This document shows, in pieces, positions 24,460-37,209 of a DNA stretch of 64,000 nt. The notes beneath the pieces were generated by a model, which saw nothing but the letters and a program-made list of their open reading frames with translations, searched no databases and was not told the origin of the DNA. This stretch comes from Azolla caroliniana (Eukaryota; Plantae; Polypodiophyta): NCBI GenBank assembly GCA_043228905.1, contig JBHGNT010000012.1:21322913-21386912 (forward strand), given 5' to 3'. Each line of letters starts with the position of its first letter. Positions within the stretch are counted from its first letter, which is position 1. A program made the position numbers and the translations under genes.

Positions 24460-26999
24460 GTCTCGCTCACTTCTTCCTTCTCTCGAAGAAGCTCCACACC
24501 TCTCATAGTACTAATCCTTCGTTTAGTACTAATTCCTTCTCTGCCTCAGTACTGTTCATGACATCTGCTTGGAAGCTTCTTCTTTTAGGCGAGCCATCGC
24601 CTCTTGATGTCGTTGCTCGTGTCTCTCGGTTTGCCGTTGTTCTTCTTTAAGCTCCGCACGGTAATCCCGGAGCGGGGGTTCTGTCTGGGTTGCCACCTCC
24701 TTGGTTGCACGCGGTGCGGGTAGTTCGGTTTGCTCCACGGCCGTGGCCGCCTCGGTTGTTGTGTAGGCATCGACCATTTGTAACGAGTTCGTTTGTGTAC
24801 TGGCCTGCACCTTCAGGATGGAGTCGGTGATGGTGCTTTCATCCATCATCGTTATGCGTCGAGGCGTTGGGAGGGCCTCGGTGGTCATTCCCGGAAGGCT
24901 CGGGACTTGTTGTTCCGGCCGGTTTTGCTCCCAGGCTGCCAGCTTCTGGTTCGCAGCGTGCCATAGTTTTGTAGCCATCTTAGCCTATTTTTGGGCTACT
25001 TTTATCTTTCGGGCCATATCTTTCGTTGCCCGCGTAGTGCGATCCAGGTCCCGATATGCCTCGATAAGGGCCGTGTTCAACTCGGGGACCTCCATGAGGA
25101 GAGCGGCCTGTTTTGCCTGCTTCTTCCTCCCGATTTTTTGTAAAGCCCTGTCCTCCTGGGGCTCAATTTCACCTATTAGCGCGCGTTGAATCATTTTTGT
25201 TTCGGCGTGCTCTTCCGCCATCCGAGCGGCTACCGCGACTTGGGCTCTAGCGAGGAAGTCGACCAGCTCGAATGACGTACCGAGGCGTAAGAGCGCACTA
25301 AATTCGTAAGCCTCCGCGGGGAGGTCCTTATACCCGAGGACTTCATCCTCCGAGATCTGTGTTGTCTGCCCATGCTCGATCATTACCTGGTTCAGCGATG
25401 CCTCCGTAGGGGTGATGGCCAGGTTGCTCTGTCTGACCACTAAGGCTTGCTCCTGATGTGGCTCCTTCTGTTCTTCCGAGGACTCGCGGCTGAGTCGTCT
25501 TCTTTTGCTTGGTTGTGGTTGGGGTTCCGGGGCTAGTAGTGTCGTTTCCTCCGCCTGCTTCCTTTTCTGGGGTCTTGGTGGTGCAGCTTGCTGCGTGTTG
25601 GAGCGTGGGCTGGGTCCTGGGGACGTTACCGAGGGGCGCAACGTTGGTTGTCGAATGGTGACGTCATCGGCCGTGTTGTCTGCCGTGGCTATCTCCCCCT
25701 CCCATTCTTGGCAGGTCTCGGAAACTACCCTTTTTTGTTGGGGTTGGGCGGGTGGTGGAGCAGATGCGGTTTTCTGGTCGGCGGCAGGGGGTGAAGGCGA
25801 TGTGGGCTCCTCCCATGCTTCGTGGCTGATGGCCACAAATTTCTCTCTCTGCCTCCGTGGTGGTGGTGGGGACGTGAGTGCGCGAGGGGAAGGAAGCGAA
25901 GAGGGTGGGTATAGCACCATCAAAAAGTGGGTAAGAACAGACAACATCTTCTTACCGGACTGAAATGAAGCTAAGGCGGCGCAGAGTCCTTTGCTTGTGA
26001 TGATTCCCCAATCGATTCTGTTTCCTTCATAAGCGCTGATGATGATGGCTGCCTTGTTCTGCGGCATGCTCGTTGGGTTCGTATGCACGAACGCATACTC
26101 CATCAAGATACGAGCAATCTCCCCGAAAGCTTTGTTGGGCCTGCCATACGTGCGATATGCCTTCCCTGTGGCTGAGTACTCACCGAAGTACGCCTTCATC
26201 TTTGATGTCGGGGGTATGTCGACCTCATGGTCCCCTCCCCGTTGCAGGTCCAAAACAACCCGAAGCACGTTGTTGGTGATGGCTTCGGGACTTATACGTT
26301 TCGCCACAGTTTGGGCATCTGGGTACGCGGGGGCATCGATGATCTTCAAGTAACCGCCCATTCCTCGTTCCTGGAGCCAGGCGCAGGTTTCTGCTGAGGC
26401 GGTAAGAGGCATAGTGGAGATGGAGGCTGGGTTCGACTGTGTGGAAGCGTGAAGCAAAGTGATGAGGCGAGGGTGAGCTACAACAGGAGCAGCAGGAAGT
26501 GGAAGTCCAGCAGAGAGGTTATGAGAGCGGAAGAGGGCTTGAGAGCAAGAGCGCTTCGCGTGATGAGGGCGAGATGGGGTTTCTGATCTTGATAGCAATG
26601 GAGATGCAGAGCGATAATGGTTTGTGCTACGTTTTGGAAACGGTTTTGGTAACTTATTCCTAGGGTTTTGCGCCTGCAGCGAATCCTGAAGATTCTGAGT
26701 CGTGGGTGCCATAATAAGTGACTAGCACCACGTGTCCTGAAGGTGAGTGGGATGCTTCTAGTGCTTTGCATGTGGTTTGCATGTGTGAACAACTTAAATA
26801 GGTACTAACTGAGTGGTGGTGAGGGGTGGAGCATAGAGAGTTGAAGGTAACTTGAACTAAGAGTGGAGGTGCGGAGTGCTCCTAAAATTGTGGGTGCCTA
26901 AGTGGGTGGTGTAGGTGTAGCTAAACAGTGGCTAACTATGGTTCATCTTACCTACTACTACTTTTATTAATTTCAAGAAGGTGGGTGAGTCTTTATTCA

Positions 27000-29900
27000 G
27001 GGGGACACGTGGCGTCCTCCGTGGTGATCTCCCGAGTCTCGTTGGTGTCGTGTGGCTTGGTAAACGGGTTGGGTGGTGTAGTCCCTCGATATGGTCTAAG
27101 CCGAAAACCATTGGCCCAACTTTTGACCGTGTTGCCGGCGAGTGTGCCGAGCTAGAACGTCCCGTTGAACTCGTCGATAATCCAGAATGGATCGGTCCAC
27201 CGAAATCTTAATTTTCCCGGCATTGACCCGAGTCGTGTTTGAAAAAGAAGAACTGGTTTGCCGATAGTGAGCTCCTTCTCCAGCCCATGTCGATGTTGAT
27301 CCACGAAAGCTTTGCGTTGTCGTTGCCGTTGTTCGAGCTGGGCCATACTCTCTATCCTATCTTCCCCGAGTTCGAGGAGTTGTTCCAACCGGTATTGCTC
27401 AGATTCGGCCTGGGGAGCCGTGCTTTGACTTGAACTCGGAGGCTCGGAACTTGGAACTCGACGGGCATTACGGCTTCTAACCCGTACGCCATTTGAAAGG
27501 GGGTCGATTGGATGCTTGTTTTGAAAGTCATACGATACGCCCACAACGCGCTCTAGAGTTTGTCATCCCAATCGGTCCTGTTTTCATTGACGATCTTCTT
27601 CAGTATGGTTTGGAGGATTTTATTTGTTGATTCTGCCAAGCCGTTCGCTTGCGGGTAGTATGGTGTGCTTTTCTTGTGCACCACCGCGTAGTGGTGTGTA
27701 AGCTCACGTATTATATGATTGATGAAGTGCCCACCTTGGTCACTAACGAGCTCGATTGGACATCCGTAACGGCACCAGAGGTGCTCGTACACAAATTTAG
27801 CCGTGGATGCCGCCGTGTTATCTCGGAGTGCCTTAGCCTCGACCCATTTGGTGCAGTAATCCGTGGCAACGATAATATATCTATTCCCTGTTCGGGCCGC
27901 AGGTGGTTTGAAAGGGCCTACAAAATCCAAACCCCATTTTTGAAATGGGTCCAACGGAAGAATCGGCTGGTGTGGCATCCGTGACTGTTCCATTGGTTGC
28001 CCCAGACGTTGACACAAATCGCACTGCCGGCAAAACTCGTGAGCGTCTTTCTTTGTTGTCGGCCACCATAATCCACTTTGCCAAACTTTCCTTGCCGTGG
28101 AATCCCCAGCATAGTATCCCCCAACTGCTCCCTGGTGGGCTTCCTGAAGAACGGCGTTCTTCTCGAATTGCCGAATCGCTCGACGCCATATGCCGTCTGA
28201 GCCTTTGTGGTAGAGAATGTCTGAGACGAGGCAAAAATTCCGGCTACGCACTGCTAGGCGTTTTCTCGTGTCCAGGGTCATGTGCTCGGGAGGTACACCG
28301 GTAGTGAGAAAATGTGTCATCTCTGTGATCCATTCATCTCCGTTATCGTCTGGTACCGTGGTCAGGTTAAATAGGCTGGCGTTCGGTAGCTCGTCGTATG
28401 TTGTTTTCGCCGGTTCTCCTGACTCAAGACGGCTCAAGTAGTCGGCGACGGCATGTTGTACCCCGGGTCGATGCTGAATCTGAAAATCAAACTCTTGTAG
28501 TAGGAGCATCCACCGAGCCAACCGTCCGGTGAGGGCTTGTTTATTGACCAAATAAATAAGGGCCGAGTGATCCACGTGAAAGGTAAATCTTCGGCCCAAG
28601 AGGTAATGCCGAAATTTATTGATGCTATAAATCATTCCGAGGGCTTCCCGCTCGATGGTGGAGTAATTCTTTTCCGCGGTCGAGAGCCGTCGGCTGGTGT
28701 AGTACACGGGCCTAAGCCAATTCGGGGGTGTGCATTGCATCAGAGCACTTCCGATGGCGATGTCCGAAGCATCTACGAAGACGTGAAACGGTTCAGACCA
28801 AACCGGAGACTGGACCACCGGGGCATGTGACAGCATTCGTTTCAGGGTCTGATAAGCCGTATCCTCGACTGACGTCCATTGGAAAGGAAGGCGATGGACT
28901 GCCGCGTGTAAGGGTGTCGCGAAATCGGCCAAGTGTCGTATCATTCGGCCGTGCCACCGGATCTGTCCCAAAAAACGGCTTAGTGCCTTAGCATTCGAGG
29001 GTGCAGTGGCATCCAGGATTGCCTTTACTTTATCCGGGTCCATAGCGATGCCTTCTTGACTAACAATGTGGCCGAGAAGGTTGCCGCTGGTGACTAAGAA
29101 CGCGCATTTCGCCGGGTTTAAACTTAATCGAGCTTGGCAACATCGGTCCAGGCAGAGTCGTAACTGGGTCATGTGTTCCCGTCGATTGCCATACACGGCG
29201 AAATCGTCGAGAAAAACTTGCATGAACGCCGGGATGTAGTCATGAAAGATTTCAGTGATGATGCGCTGGAACGTCGCCGTCGCTGTTTTTAGACCGAACA
29301 TCATAACTTCTGCTACAAAAACGCCCCATTCCGTGACGAAAGCCGTTTTCTCCTGATCCTCCGGGTGCATTCTTATCTGGTTATAGCCGCTGAACCCGTC
29401 GAGGAAACTGTAGCATTTGTGGCCGGCTACCGTGTCGAGGACGTTATCCGTGAATGGGAGAGGGAAACCGTCGGTGACTGTTGCCGCGTTAAGCTTCCGA
29501 TAGTCGACGCAGACGCGGATTTTTCCGTTCTTCTTTGGGACTACTACGATCGGGCTCAACCATGTAGCCCATTTAACAGGGCGAATGAAGCCCACTTGGA
29601 GTAACTTGTCAATTTCCTCTTTGACTTTAGCGGCGTAGTTGGGGTTCATCCTGTAGCGCCTCTGCTGAACCGGCCGAGTGTCGGGTAAGATGTGAATTTG
29701 ATGTTGGTAGTATTGAGGATCCAGCCCCTTCATATCGGTGTAAGACCAAGCGAAAACATCCTGGTAGTCGGTGAGTAATTTTACGAGGCATGCCCGTTCG
29801 CCGGTTGGTAGATTATTGGCAATTTGTACCGTATGGGGGTTCTCGACCGAACCGAGGTTTATTGTTTCCAGGGTTGATGCTTTCACTCGTTGTGAAACGG

Positions 29901-30786
29901 CGAGTTCGCGTTCGAAAGCTTCCCGAGCATGACGTAGCTCGGCAACTGTGGTTGCATCGGGTTCATCCTGGGGTGGTGACTCCTCCGTGACTTCCTCGTC
30001 TTTAGATGGCTCAATGGTTGGTAAGGCATTGATTTCGAAGAGAGGAATGATCGTGGGATGCTCATCTAGGAAGTCATCGACCTCCTCATCGGCCAATCCG
30101 TCGAGCATATGGACCCCTTCCACGTATAACGGCGAAGTGTTGAGGGCGACGGGTACTCGTTCTTCAGTGATGATTCAGACTTTTGTCTTCCCTCTTCGGA
30201 ACGAGATCATGTTGCGTTGCCAATGTTGCTTGATATTCGTTGTGCGCAACCATGGTCGACCTAGTAACATTGGGTAGGCGCCTTGTGTCTCCAGTCGTAG
30301 CACGATGGCCGAGATCGTGAACATGTGGCCGCCGAGTGTGAAGTCGAGATGGCGGATTAAACCAATGGGGCGAACGGAGCGGGTGTCGGCCATCTGAAGC
30401 CAAAAGGGGCATGGTTCCCATTGATTCAAGCCGAGTTTGAGACACGTTGATTCGCTAATAACGTTTACGCCGGATCCGCCGTCGATGATGCATCCGTGCA
30501 GGTCTTGTCCCTTAATGATGATTCGCATGGCTGGGTTCTGAGAATCCATGAGTGGTGGACCGGTTCCTGCTTGGGTGAGGTGTACCAGTGGTGTCACGGC
30601 CGTAGTATTGGCCTGTAGTGCCACCAGGGTGTCCCGAAATCTCGGCATGAGTGGTAGCAGTTTATGTAGGGGTAGCGAGATGCGGGAGTTGGTAAGAACA
30701 TCCCATAGCTGGTTGTCCTTCGACGACGTGGATGGTGTCGGGGTTTGTGGTACTTCACTGGGCCCGTCCTTCATGTCAGTTTGCAT
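27000..30786 (-). pseudogene. pol: pol (PR, RT, RH, IN) of the Athila-like element
   Basis: IIDGGSGVN protease (30175-30786); 856-aa ORF 27553-30123 with FLDD, VDASD, zinc-finger remnant and DFVGPF...YYPQANG; frameshifted C-terminus with GPY/F-like RWTDPF. Confidence 0.93.
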
Positions 30787-30870
30787 GCGTGCGACATTAT
30801 TTTTATTGACCGTGTCGACCCATTCTTTTGCTGCCTGTCGTACTTCATCCTGGATTTGCGACTGAGTAGA

Positions 30871-32262
30871 CTATGCTTTACTCCGGGTAGTGACCGTTTG
30901 AACATCGGCCATGATACTGTTTACCGCGGGTGCCTTGCCACGGTTGGTTGTCGGACATTGCGTGGCGTAGTGGCCTGGTTGGTTACATTTAAAACATGTC
31001 ACGTTGGCTGAGCTGCTGGTGTCCGGTTGGTCTGTGTGTGGGAGCTGTTGTTGTTGATCCTCGGTCTCGTTTGGTGGTGGGTTGTTCCGAGGTGCGTTGG
31101 AGTTGCGCTGGTCATGTTGAGGAGCGTCCCGTCGGTGGTTGTGATTAGGTCTTCTGTTGTTGCGTGTGTTGCGATTGCCGTTTCGCCGATCCATGCGTGA
31201 GTTCCTTCGGTCATACTGATCATCGCGATCGTCATCGTATCGAGCATAATCGTCGTGCCGGTCATCGCGATAATAATCATGGCGATGATCACGTTGGTAG
31301 TCGTCGTTTTGGCGCCATCGATCCGGGGATCGCGGTTGGTTGTTATCCTGGTCGCGGTAGATATATCGCTCGTCTTGCCGAGAGTATGTATGTCGTGGCT
31401 CGATCTGGCGGACCGGTGCCGCCGTTGTGCGGTTCAACATATTATATTCGCACTGCTCGACCGTGTGAGCTCGAGACTGACAGATTGGACATTGTGGTCG
31501 GTGGGGACATTCGAGGGCTAGGTGTCATGATCCTGAACACGCCGTGCGTTGGAGGGTTTGGGGAAAGCGATTGTCCTCTTGGGGAAGAGCGTTGTGCAAG
31601 GATGTCATCGAGAAGGTCGTGTCGTGCTGGTTCCGATCGAGGGCGAGAACGCGCGCTATGACTTGTTCGATAGTATGGTTGGCGAAATTTGTAAGTGCGA
31701 GAGTCGTTCATAGAGGCTCTCGTAAACTGGATAGGAAAGTGTCCGGTATATGTTGTGCCGAGACATCATCGGCCACTTGTCTGTAGAGATCCTGGAACCG
31801 GATCGTGAACTGCGCGACCGTTTCGTGCGGTTCCTGGCATATAGAGAAGAATTGTCGTAGCAGTTCCCGTTTAGGCACCTCGCGATGAAAAAGTTCAAGG
31901 AACTTTGTGCGCACGATTTGGAAAGTGTTGGCCTCTCCTATTTCGAGACGAGAGTACCATCGTGCGGCCGGTCCCTCGAGGGAGAGTGTGAACTCGGCAA
32001 TCTTCGATGCATCGATTTCGGCCGGTGTGAGGCGGTGCGTGGAGTGGTTAGCCTGCCACGTGGATATGAAGGCACGGACGTGTGACTCCGCGTCAGGTCC
32101 GTCGGCATATCGTGGGTATGGGTATGGCATGATGTCGTACTGTGGCTCTTCGGGTAGCACCGGAAAAGGGTTTAGTTCCAGTTGGGTGACCTCCGGAGGG
32201 CTCGACGGGGCCGCTGGTGGTGAATCCACTCGCGATCGAGTGTCCGGTGGCGAGGATTGCAC
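30871..32262 (-). pseudogene. gag: gag of the Athila-like element (capsid-like domain, R/D-rich linker, CCHC knuckle)
   Basis: ORFs 31708-32262 (SLEGPAARWY, QEPHETVAQF), 31442-31711 and 30871-31440 (CFKCNQPGHYATQC). Confidence 0.88.
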
Positions 32263-35151
32263 TGGACAAGCCCCTGATTGATCGGGAAAGGATTGGTCAG
32301 TGACCGCCGAGTCGGAAGTTCCTTCGACTGGCTCAGGGCGTTGGGCAGGTGGCCGAGACCTCGTGGTGCGAGAGGGCGCCGTAACGGCGGCTGGTGGTTA
32401 CCTTCAACGAAATTCGCTGTGCACTCACAGCTGTAACCGGGCGTGCCAAATTGTGTTACCCGTTCCTTTGGGTGAACACCTTCGATAGATCGGCGTCTAT
32501 CGGTCTTCAAGGGCGTGGTACGTGAAGGCTCGTACAGAGGCGTCAAGAGAGATACAGGGCTCAGAGAGAAAACACTAGTGAGGTTTTGATAGACGTGGCG
32601 GCGTGAAACTCATAGGTATAGATCGAAACACGGACTCATGCAGCCAAAATAGGCACAATTAAAATATATTACTATGGCAGAAAAGGATTACAGAACACGG
32701 CCTATGGCCGGTGACCTTACGAGTTTATCTACTTCGAATGACTAAGCTAGGGCTTCCGCCTATATTTTCTTCTCCCTTTCTGAGGTACTACTCCTTGTTT
32801 AAATAACTTTTCCCCTAACACACAGCCAAGCCATCGGTGGCCCGTGATACTCGGACTCGGCGTTTGCTAATTTCCTAATTTTACATTTCTGTCCTCTGGA
32901 CAACACCTCGCATATGCTGACCCGTTATCTAGCACCTTTGTCTCCATGTGAGCCGTCGTGATGTATTGTTCACCCAAGATGACCGGGTGTGAGGAAATCT
33001 CTTGAACAAAGAAATGTTGATCTATTTCTACATCCCCCACCTTCACCCGTACATTCAGGCAAGCCCCGTATAGCTCCTCGGTTGCTCGGGTCTCCGCTCT
33101 AATCTTCCACCCGTGCTTCGTGTTGATCGGCCACTTTCCCTTTTTATAAAAGTCCATAGACATAAGGTTAATCTCAAAGCCATGGTCGATTAATGCTACA
33201 ATCGGCTCTTTTACATCTCCGACCTGTACCGGTGTCTCCGTTGTCACTCTCGCCCAATGTGGCCTCGTGTAGTGATTGTCCACATAGTCTTTGTCTTCCT
33301 CGGGCACCTTAGTTGACAATGCATTTACAATCGCGGGCTTTGCCACTTCTTGCTCCATCGAGAGCCGCTTCCTCTTCATTAGGTCAATGATGACCTCATG
33401 GAATTCTTTCTTGGCAATTCTGAGGACCTCTCATAGAGTAAACTCTACACGACTATCGAGGATCCTTTCCTCCACTACCTTCTTCAAGTCCCTTGCTTGT
33501 TCGATCTCCAAGCAAAGCTTGAAGTTGGGGGGGTTCCCTTTCTCTTTCCATCTTTCGTCGCGTGCTTGAGACTAGTTTGGCTCTTCCCTTCTTTGTGCAC
33601 CTTGAGCGTCATATTTCCTTGATGGACCGGCTCCCTCATCATTTCCCACCTTCTTCTCTTCTACCATTACTTCGTAATTTTGGCAAGCAGCTTCCACTAA
33701 GCAAGTCTTTTCTTCCACCGGATCCTTCCACCCAGTTGCTTCTTGGACCCTTCTTTCCGCTTCATCCGCTTCTTCTCTTTCGAACTTTCCCCTAGAGAGG
33801 CTTCCAAGGATTGACGGCCAAAAGTCAAACTCTTTCTCCTCTTGCCTCCTCACCTCTTTTCCCACTCGGATCCCAGCCAACGCTGAGTAGTGGACGGCTT
33901 CAACATGTCGTGCTTCGGCCTCCTCCATTAGCCTTCTCATGCCCCCTCGGGCTTGATTCAATCCCAAGGGGCGCCTTGTCTACGTCGAATAGACCCTCTT
34001 GTTCCAAAGATAGACGATATCCCTTCTTAGGGCCTCTTGAAAGTCTCCAGACTCCCTTCATAGGTGGTCGGGATTGTCGCAGCACATACATCTTTGCGCG
34101 AATGGGGTACGTCGATCTTCAGGGCCACCACTCTCTCTCCTAGATTGCGCTATTTGGAGATCTCGCACCATCTTTGTGAGCTCATCTATTGCCGACCCTC
34201 CAGACGGTGCTTCAACCACGTTTCTCTCAGGGATGAACCTTGCATTTTCTTTCTCTCTTTCTTGAGGTGCTCTACCACCCCTGGGTTCGTGTGTCTCACT
34301 AATGGAGCCTATGGATGCTTGGCCGCTCAATGGAGACCCGTCATTCCATTCCCTTCTCTTATCGAAGCGACTACAAACCCGTTTTACCATAACCCAATCC
34401 ATTGTGAGCCCATCATCAGTTCCGAGGAGGAGCCCCACCTTCTCTCGGTCTCGTGCATCAACAACTTTTATGAATAGTAGGACCTTGCTTGTGTCAAGCA
34501 CCGTCCTATCCAGAGCCGAGAGTCACGCGAAGCGCTTCTCAAATTCTTGTAGAAGTGTCATAGTATTTCTACCCTTGTCGGGAAGCTCAACCCACTCCAT
34601 TAGATCCCTTATTGAAATTCTAAGTGAGTCATCAAGGTCGTACTTTTCGAGGAGTCTTTCTTCGAACCCCTCCCAATTGCAAGAGTCTGCTTGGATCTCG
34701 AGTACCTCTGCGTGGATACTCGGCGTTACCACTCTAGCGAATCTAGTTAGCCACCTATCTTCGGGGACGTTTTGTATAAGCATTTCAGCCTCATAGGCAT
34801 CCAAGTAGCTCGTGCTATCTCTTCCATTGAACCAACCCATTGTGCTGACCACCGTCTCTATGGCCTGGTCTAGGCCGGTGATGCCTTCTCGAGCATTTAC
34901 CAAGCGGTCCGCCGCCGCCGCCATCAATTCAACGAGTTCTCCTCCTCGCATCTTGGATCTCCCTTGCTGCCCTTTCACGTTGGGTTCACCCATTTATGTC
35001 GCGAAGTTTCGCACATGTGTGTTACTTGGGTGGGACCACGGGGGTCTTGGACTAGGGAGTATTGAAGGGATAGAGAAGACCCAAGGTTTGCTTTACGATA
35101 ATATTACTTCCCGAGCAAGGGCTCATTGCCCCTTTTTGTGAGGCCGGTTGC

Positions 35152-36143
35152 TTTCGTTGATCATGACTCGTCGAGTTTTCGAGATCAACGCATGAGCCAA
35201 GTGATCAAAGGGTACAAGCAAAGATGAGCACGCAAGATGAACACACAAGGGGACGATAACACAAACACGAATGCCTGTACGTCTTTATGAGGAGGAGAGG
35301 TGCATGGGCATGCCCGAATGCTCCCTCGTCACAAGACGTCGAACGTACAAGGAAGACACAAAACACACGCACAAATGCTCGTATGCCTTTATGAGGAGGA
35401 GAGGTGCATGGGCACGCCCGAATGCTCCCTCGTCACAAGACGACCGAACGTACAAGGAAGACACAAATACACACACAAATGCTCGTACGCCTTTATGAGG
35501 AGGAGAGGTGCATGGGCATGCCCGAAACGCTCCCTCGTCACAAGACGACCGAACGTACAAGTGGACGAGAACAAAGAAAGAAAGAAAGAAAGAAAAAGGA
35601 ATGATATTGGCTAAAGAAATAAATACATGTTCGATTCCAATGCAAGAGGAACCTTTATAAAATAGGGTTTGATTACAATGTGGCAATTCTAGTTAACCAC
35701 AAGCTCAAGAAAACATAAATACTAAATGCCCTTAGAGACAAGAGCAAATCCGAACATGACGAAGAAGAACACACGAGCACCACAAAAATGCCAACCCCGA
35801 CGAACCACGACCACCCGAACGACGAGCACACGGGCTCGCAACGACGAACAGGGCGAAGCAACGTCGAACCAACGAAGCTCGGGCTCACGAGCACTTCGAG
35901 TGCCAACGCGAAGAAGACGAGCACATGGCGATGAGGGGATGAGGGGTATGAGATAAAGAGAAGTGGTGAAGAAGAAGATGAAGAGCTCCGAAGGAAAAAT
36001 GGTGATAGTCTCCTCCTCCCAAAATGAGCCCCCCTTGACCTCCTTTTATAGGAAAAAAAGAAGGGGGTCGCTAATTTTGTCTTCAATGCAAAAGGAATAA
36101 AATTCCTTAAATCACGCTGCATTATAAGACCAAATTTGAACTG
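35152..36143 (-). mobile_element. Unclassified ~1-kb insertion with three ~104-bp hairpin repeats (copy 2), inside the X2 5' LTR
   Basis: Interrupts the LTR after GGTTGC; units near 35270, 35377 and 35480; terminal inverted repeat CGTTGATC...GATCAACG at 35155-35190; no TG...CA termini or TIRs; right boundary approximate. Confidence 0.65.
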
Positions 36144-36360
36144 TGCACCTCTAGTTAGAAGTCAATGTGACTATCCACTAGCCCATTAACTCTCTCTAAT
36201 ATAATATATAGTTCTATCTCAATAAATTCTTAGCCTGTCTCCCCTCTACTTTTTATCTCTCCTCTCTCTTACTTTTTACACAAGCTTCTATACACCCTTT
36301 CCACCCTTTCTTTTCCCTTTTCTTTTGCATGTGCACAATTAATTTCCTTTGTGTGCACAC

Positions 36361-37139
36361 CAAGGTTGTTCGGTACGGTACAGATACCATACGTATATAA
36401 CGTATTAATATGCGTATAGTACCTCCAAATTTAAAATTACGTTAAATATGTTTTCTTAATATGTTAAATACTTATAAAATATGTAAAATACATATTTTAC
36501 GTATAGTACGTTAAATACTTCGAGAATTTGAAAATTATTTACCTTTCTAAAAAATATCTATAATATTGTAAAAAACATCTATATTTACCCAATTTTGTGA
36601 TGCACATAAGGCATTTGATCATTTCCCATCCTAAAATACTTGTAGTAATATGGATCTCGACATTCCCTTATTCTATAAATCAGTGTAAGTGTGTATCATG
36701 ATGTTCTACTTCAAATTGTAATTATTTACAATTATGCCTTCATGGATTGAGGAATCGTATATGATTATCACACTCATGATAGGTTTCTCTTTTCTTCGTT
36801 TTCTTCTTCTTCTTCTATCTTCTGTGATTATCACACTCAGAGTCAGGACAGGTTTATGTCTTCTTTTCTCTCTTCTTCTTCTTCTTCTACATCTTCGTCA
36901 TCGTCGTCTCTTCTATTCTTCTTTCTTTCTTCCTTTGGCTTCTTTATCACTAAAATCTTTTTTTTCTTTTGCTTTTTGTTGGGGTTTTGCTTACATTTTC
37001 TTTATAAATACGTTAAATACCGTATTGGACAAATGTACATGATATTTGACTGAACAACATTGAGGTATAGTACGTACTAAACAAATGATGAGGTACTATA
37101 CATATTTAAACGTTAAATACGGGTACGTAAACAGCCATG
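36361..37139. mobile_element. Non-autonomous hAT-type DNA transposon (MITE-like)
   Basis: Imperfect TIR CAAGGTTGTT/AACAGCCATG; 8-bp TSD GTGCACAC/GTGCAGAC; absent from the sister LTR near 8540; AT-rich with subterminal ACGT/CGTA motifs. Confidence 0.82.
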
Positions 37140-37209
37140 GTGCAGACACATTGCACATGCACATTTTGACCCCCCCTTTCACTGGGTTTTCCCACTCTCG
37201 AGCACGACA

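Larger units (their letters stand above)
19063..24563 (+). mobile_element. Tcn1-like chromovirus with rearranged 5' LTR
   Basis: TSD TCTGC; 3' LTR 24125-24563 (TGTCATGA...TCATGACA); PPT AAAGGGAGGATAG; sushi/PEG10-like gag; LLDSGAN protease; YLDD RT; integrase with chromodomain. Confidence 0.95.
17810..26412 (-). pseudogene. Extra ORF of about 1000 aa downstream of integrase, split by the Tcn1 insertion at 19063-24563
   Basis: ORFs 24985-26712, 24556-24978, 18861-19058 and 18549-18824 join in frame across single stops and the insertion (EEASKQ|MAEIRAQ); 17810-18472 follows after a frameshift. Confidence 0.8.
17261..32905 (-). mobile_element. Full-length non-chromoviral Gypsy (Athila/Tat-like) with an extra 3' ORF
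   Basis: 452-bp LTRs at 17261-17712 and 32454-32905; TSD CCTCG; tRNA-Arg PBS at 32436-32448; gag-PR-RT-RH-IN order; KWVEA integrase motif; no chromodomain. Confidence 0.95.
8369..37209 (-). mobile_element. Full-length family X copy X2 inserted in Copia and carrying nested insertions
   Basis: LTRs 8369-8616 (internally deleted) and 34997-37209 (two insertions); degenerate tRNA-Trp PBS at about 34975-34991; gag 33380-34950, PR 32906-33379 plus 17155-17260, RT 15919-17154 plus 10760-10915, RH-IN 8676-10760; flanks CTGG and CCAG. Confidence 0.92.

Noticed and set aside
24985-26712. Envelope gene (endogenous retrovirus)
   Set aside because: The position is env-like, but I see no signal peptide or transmembrane anchor; the protein looks soluble and coiled-coil.
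35270-35560. Hammerhead ribozymes (retrozyme-like), suggested by GAAAC...GTC in some units
   Set aside because: No CUGANGA core before the putative stem II on either strand, and GAAAC is missing from several units.
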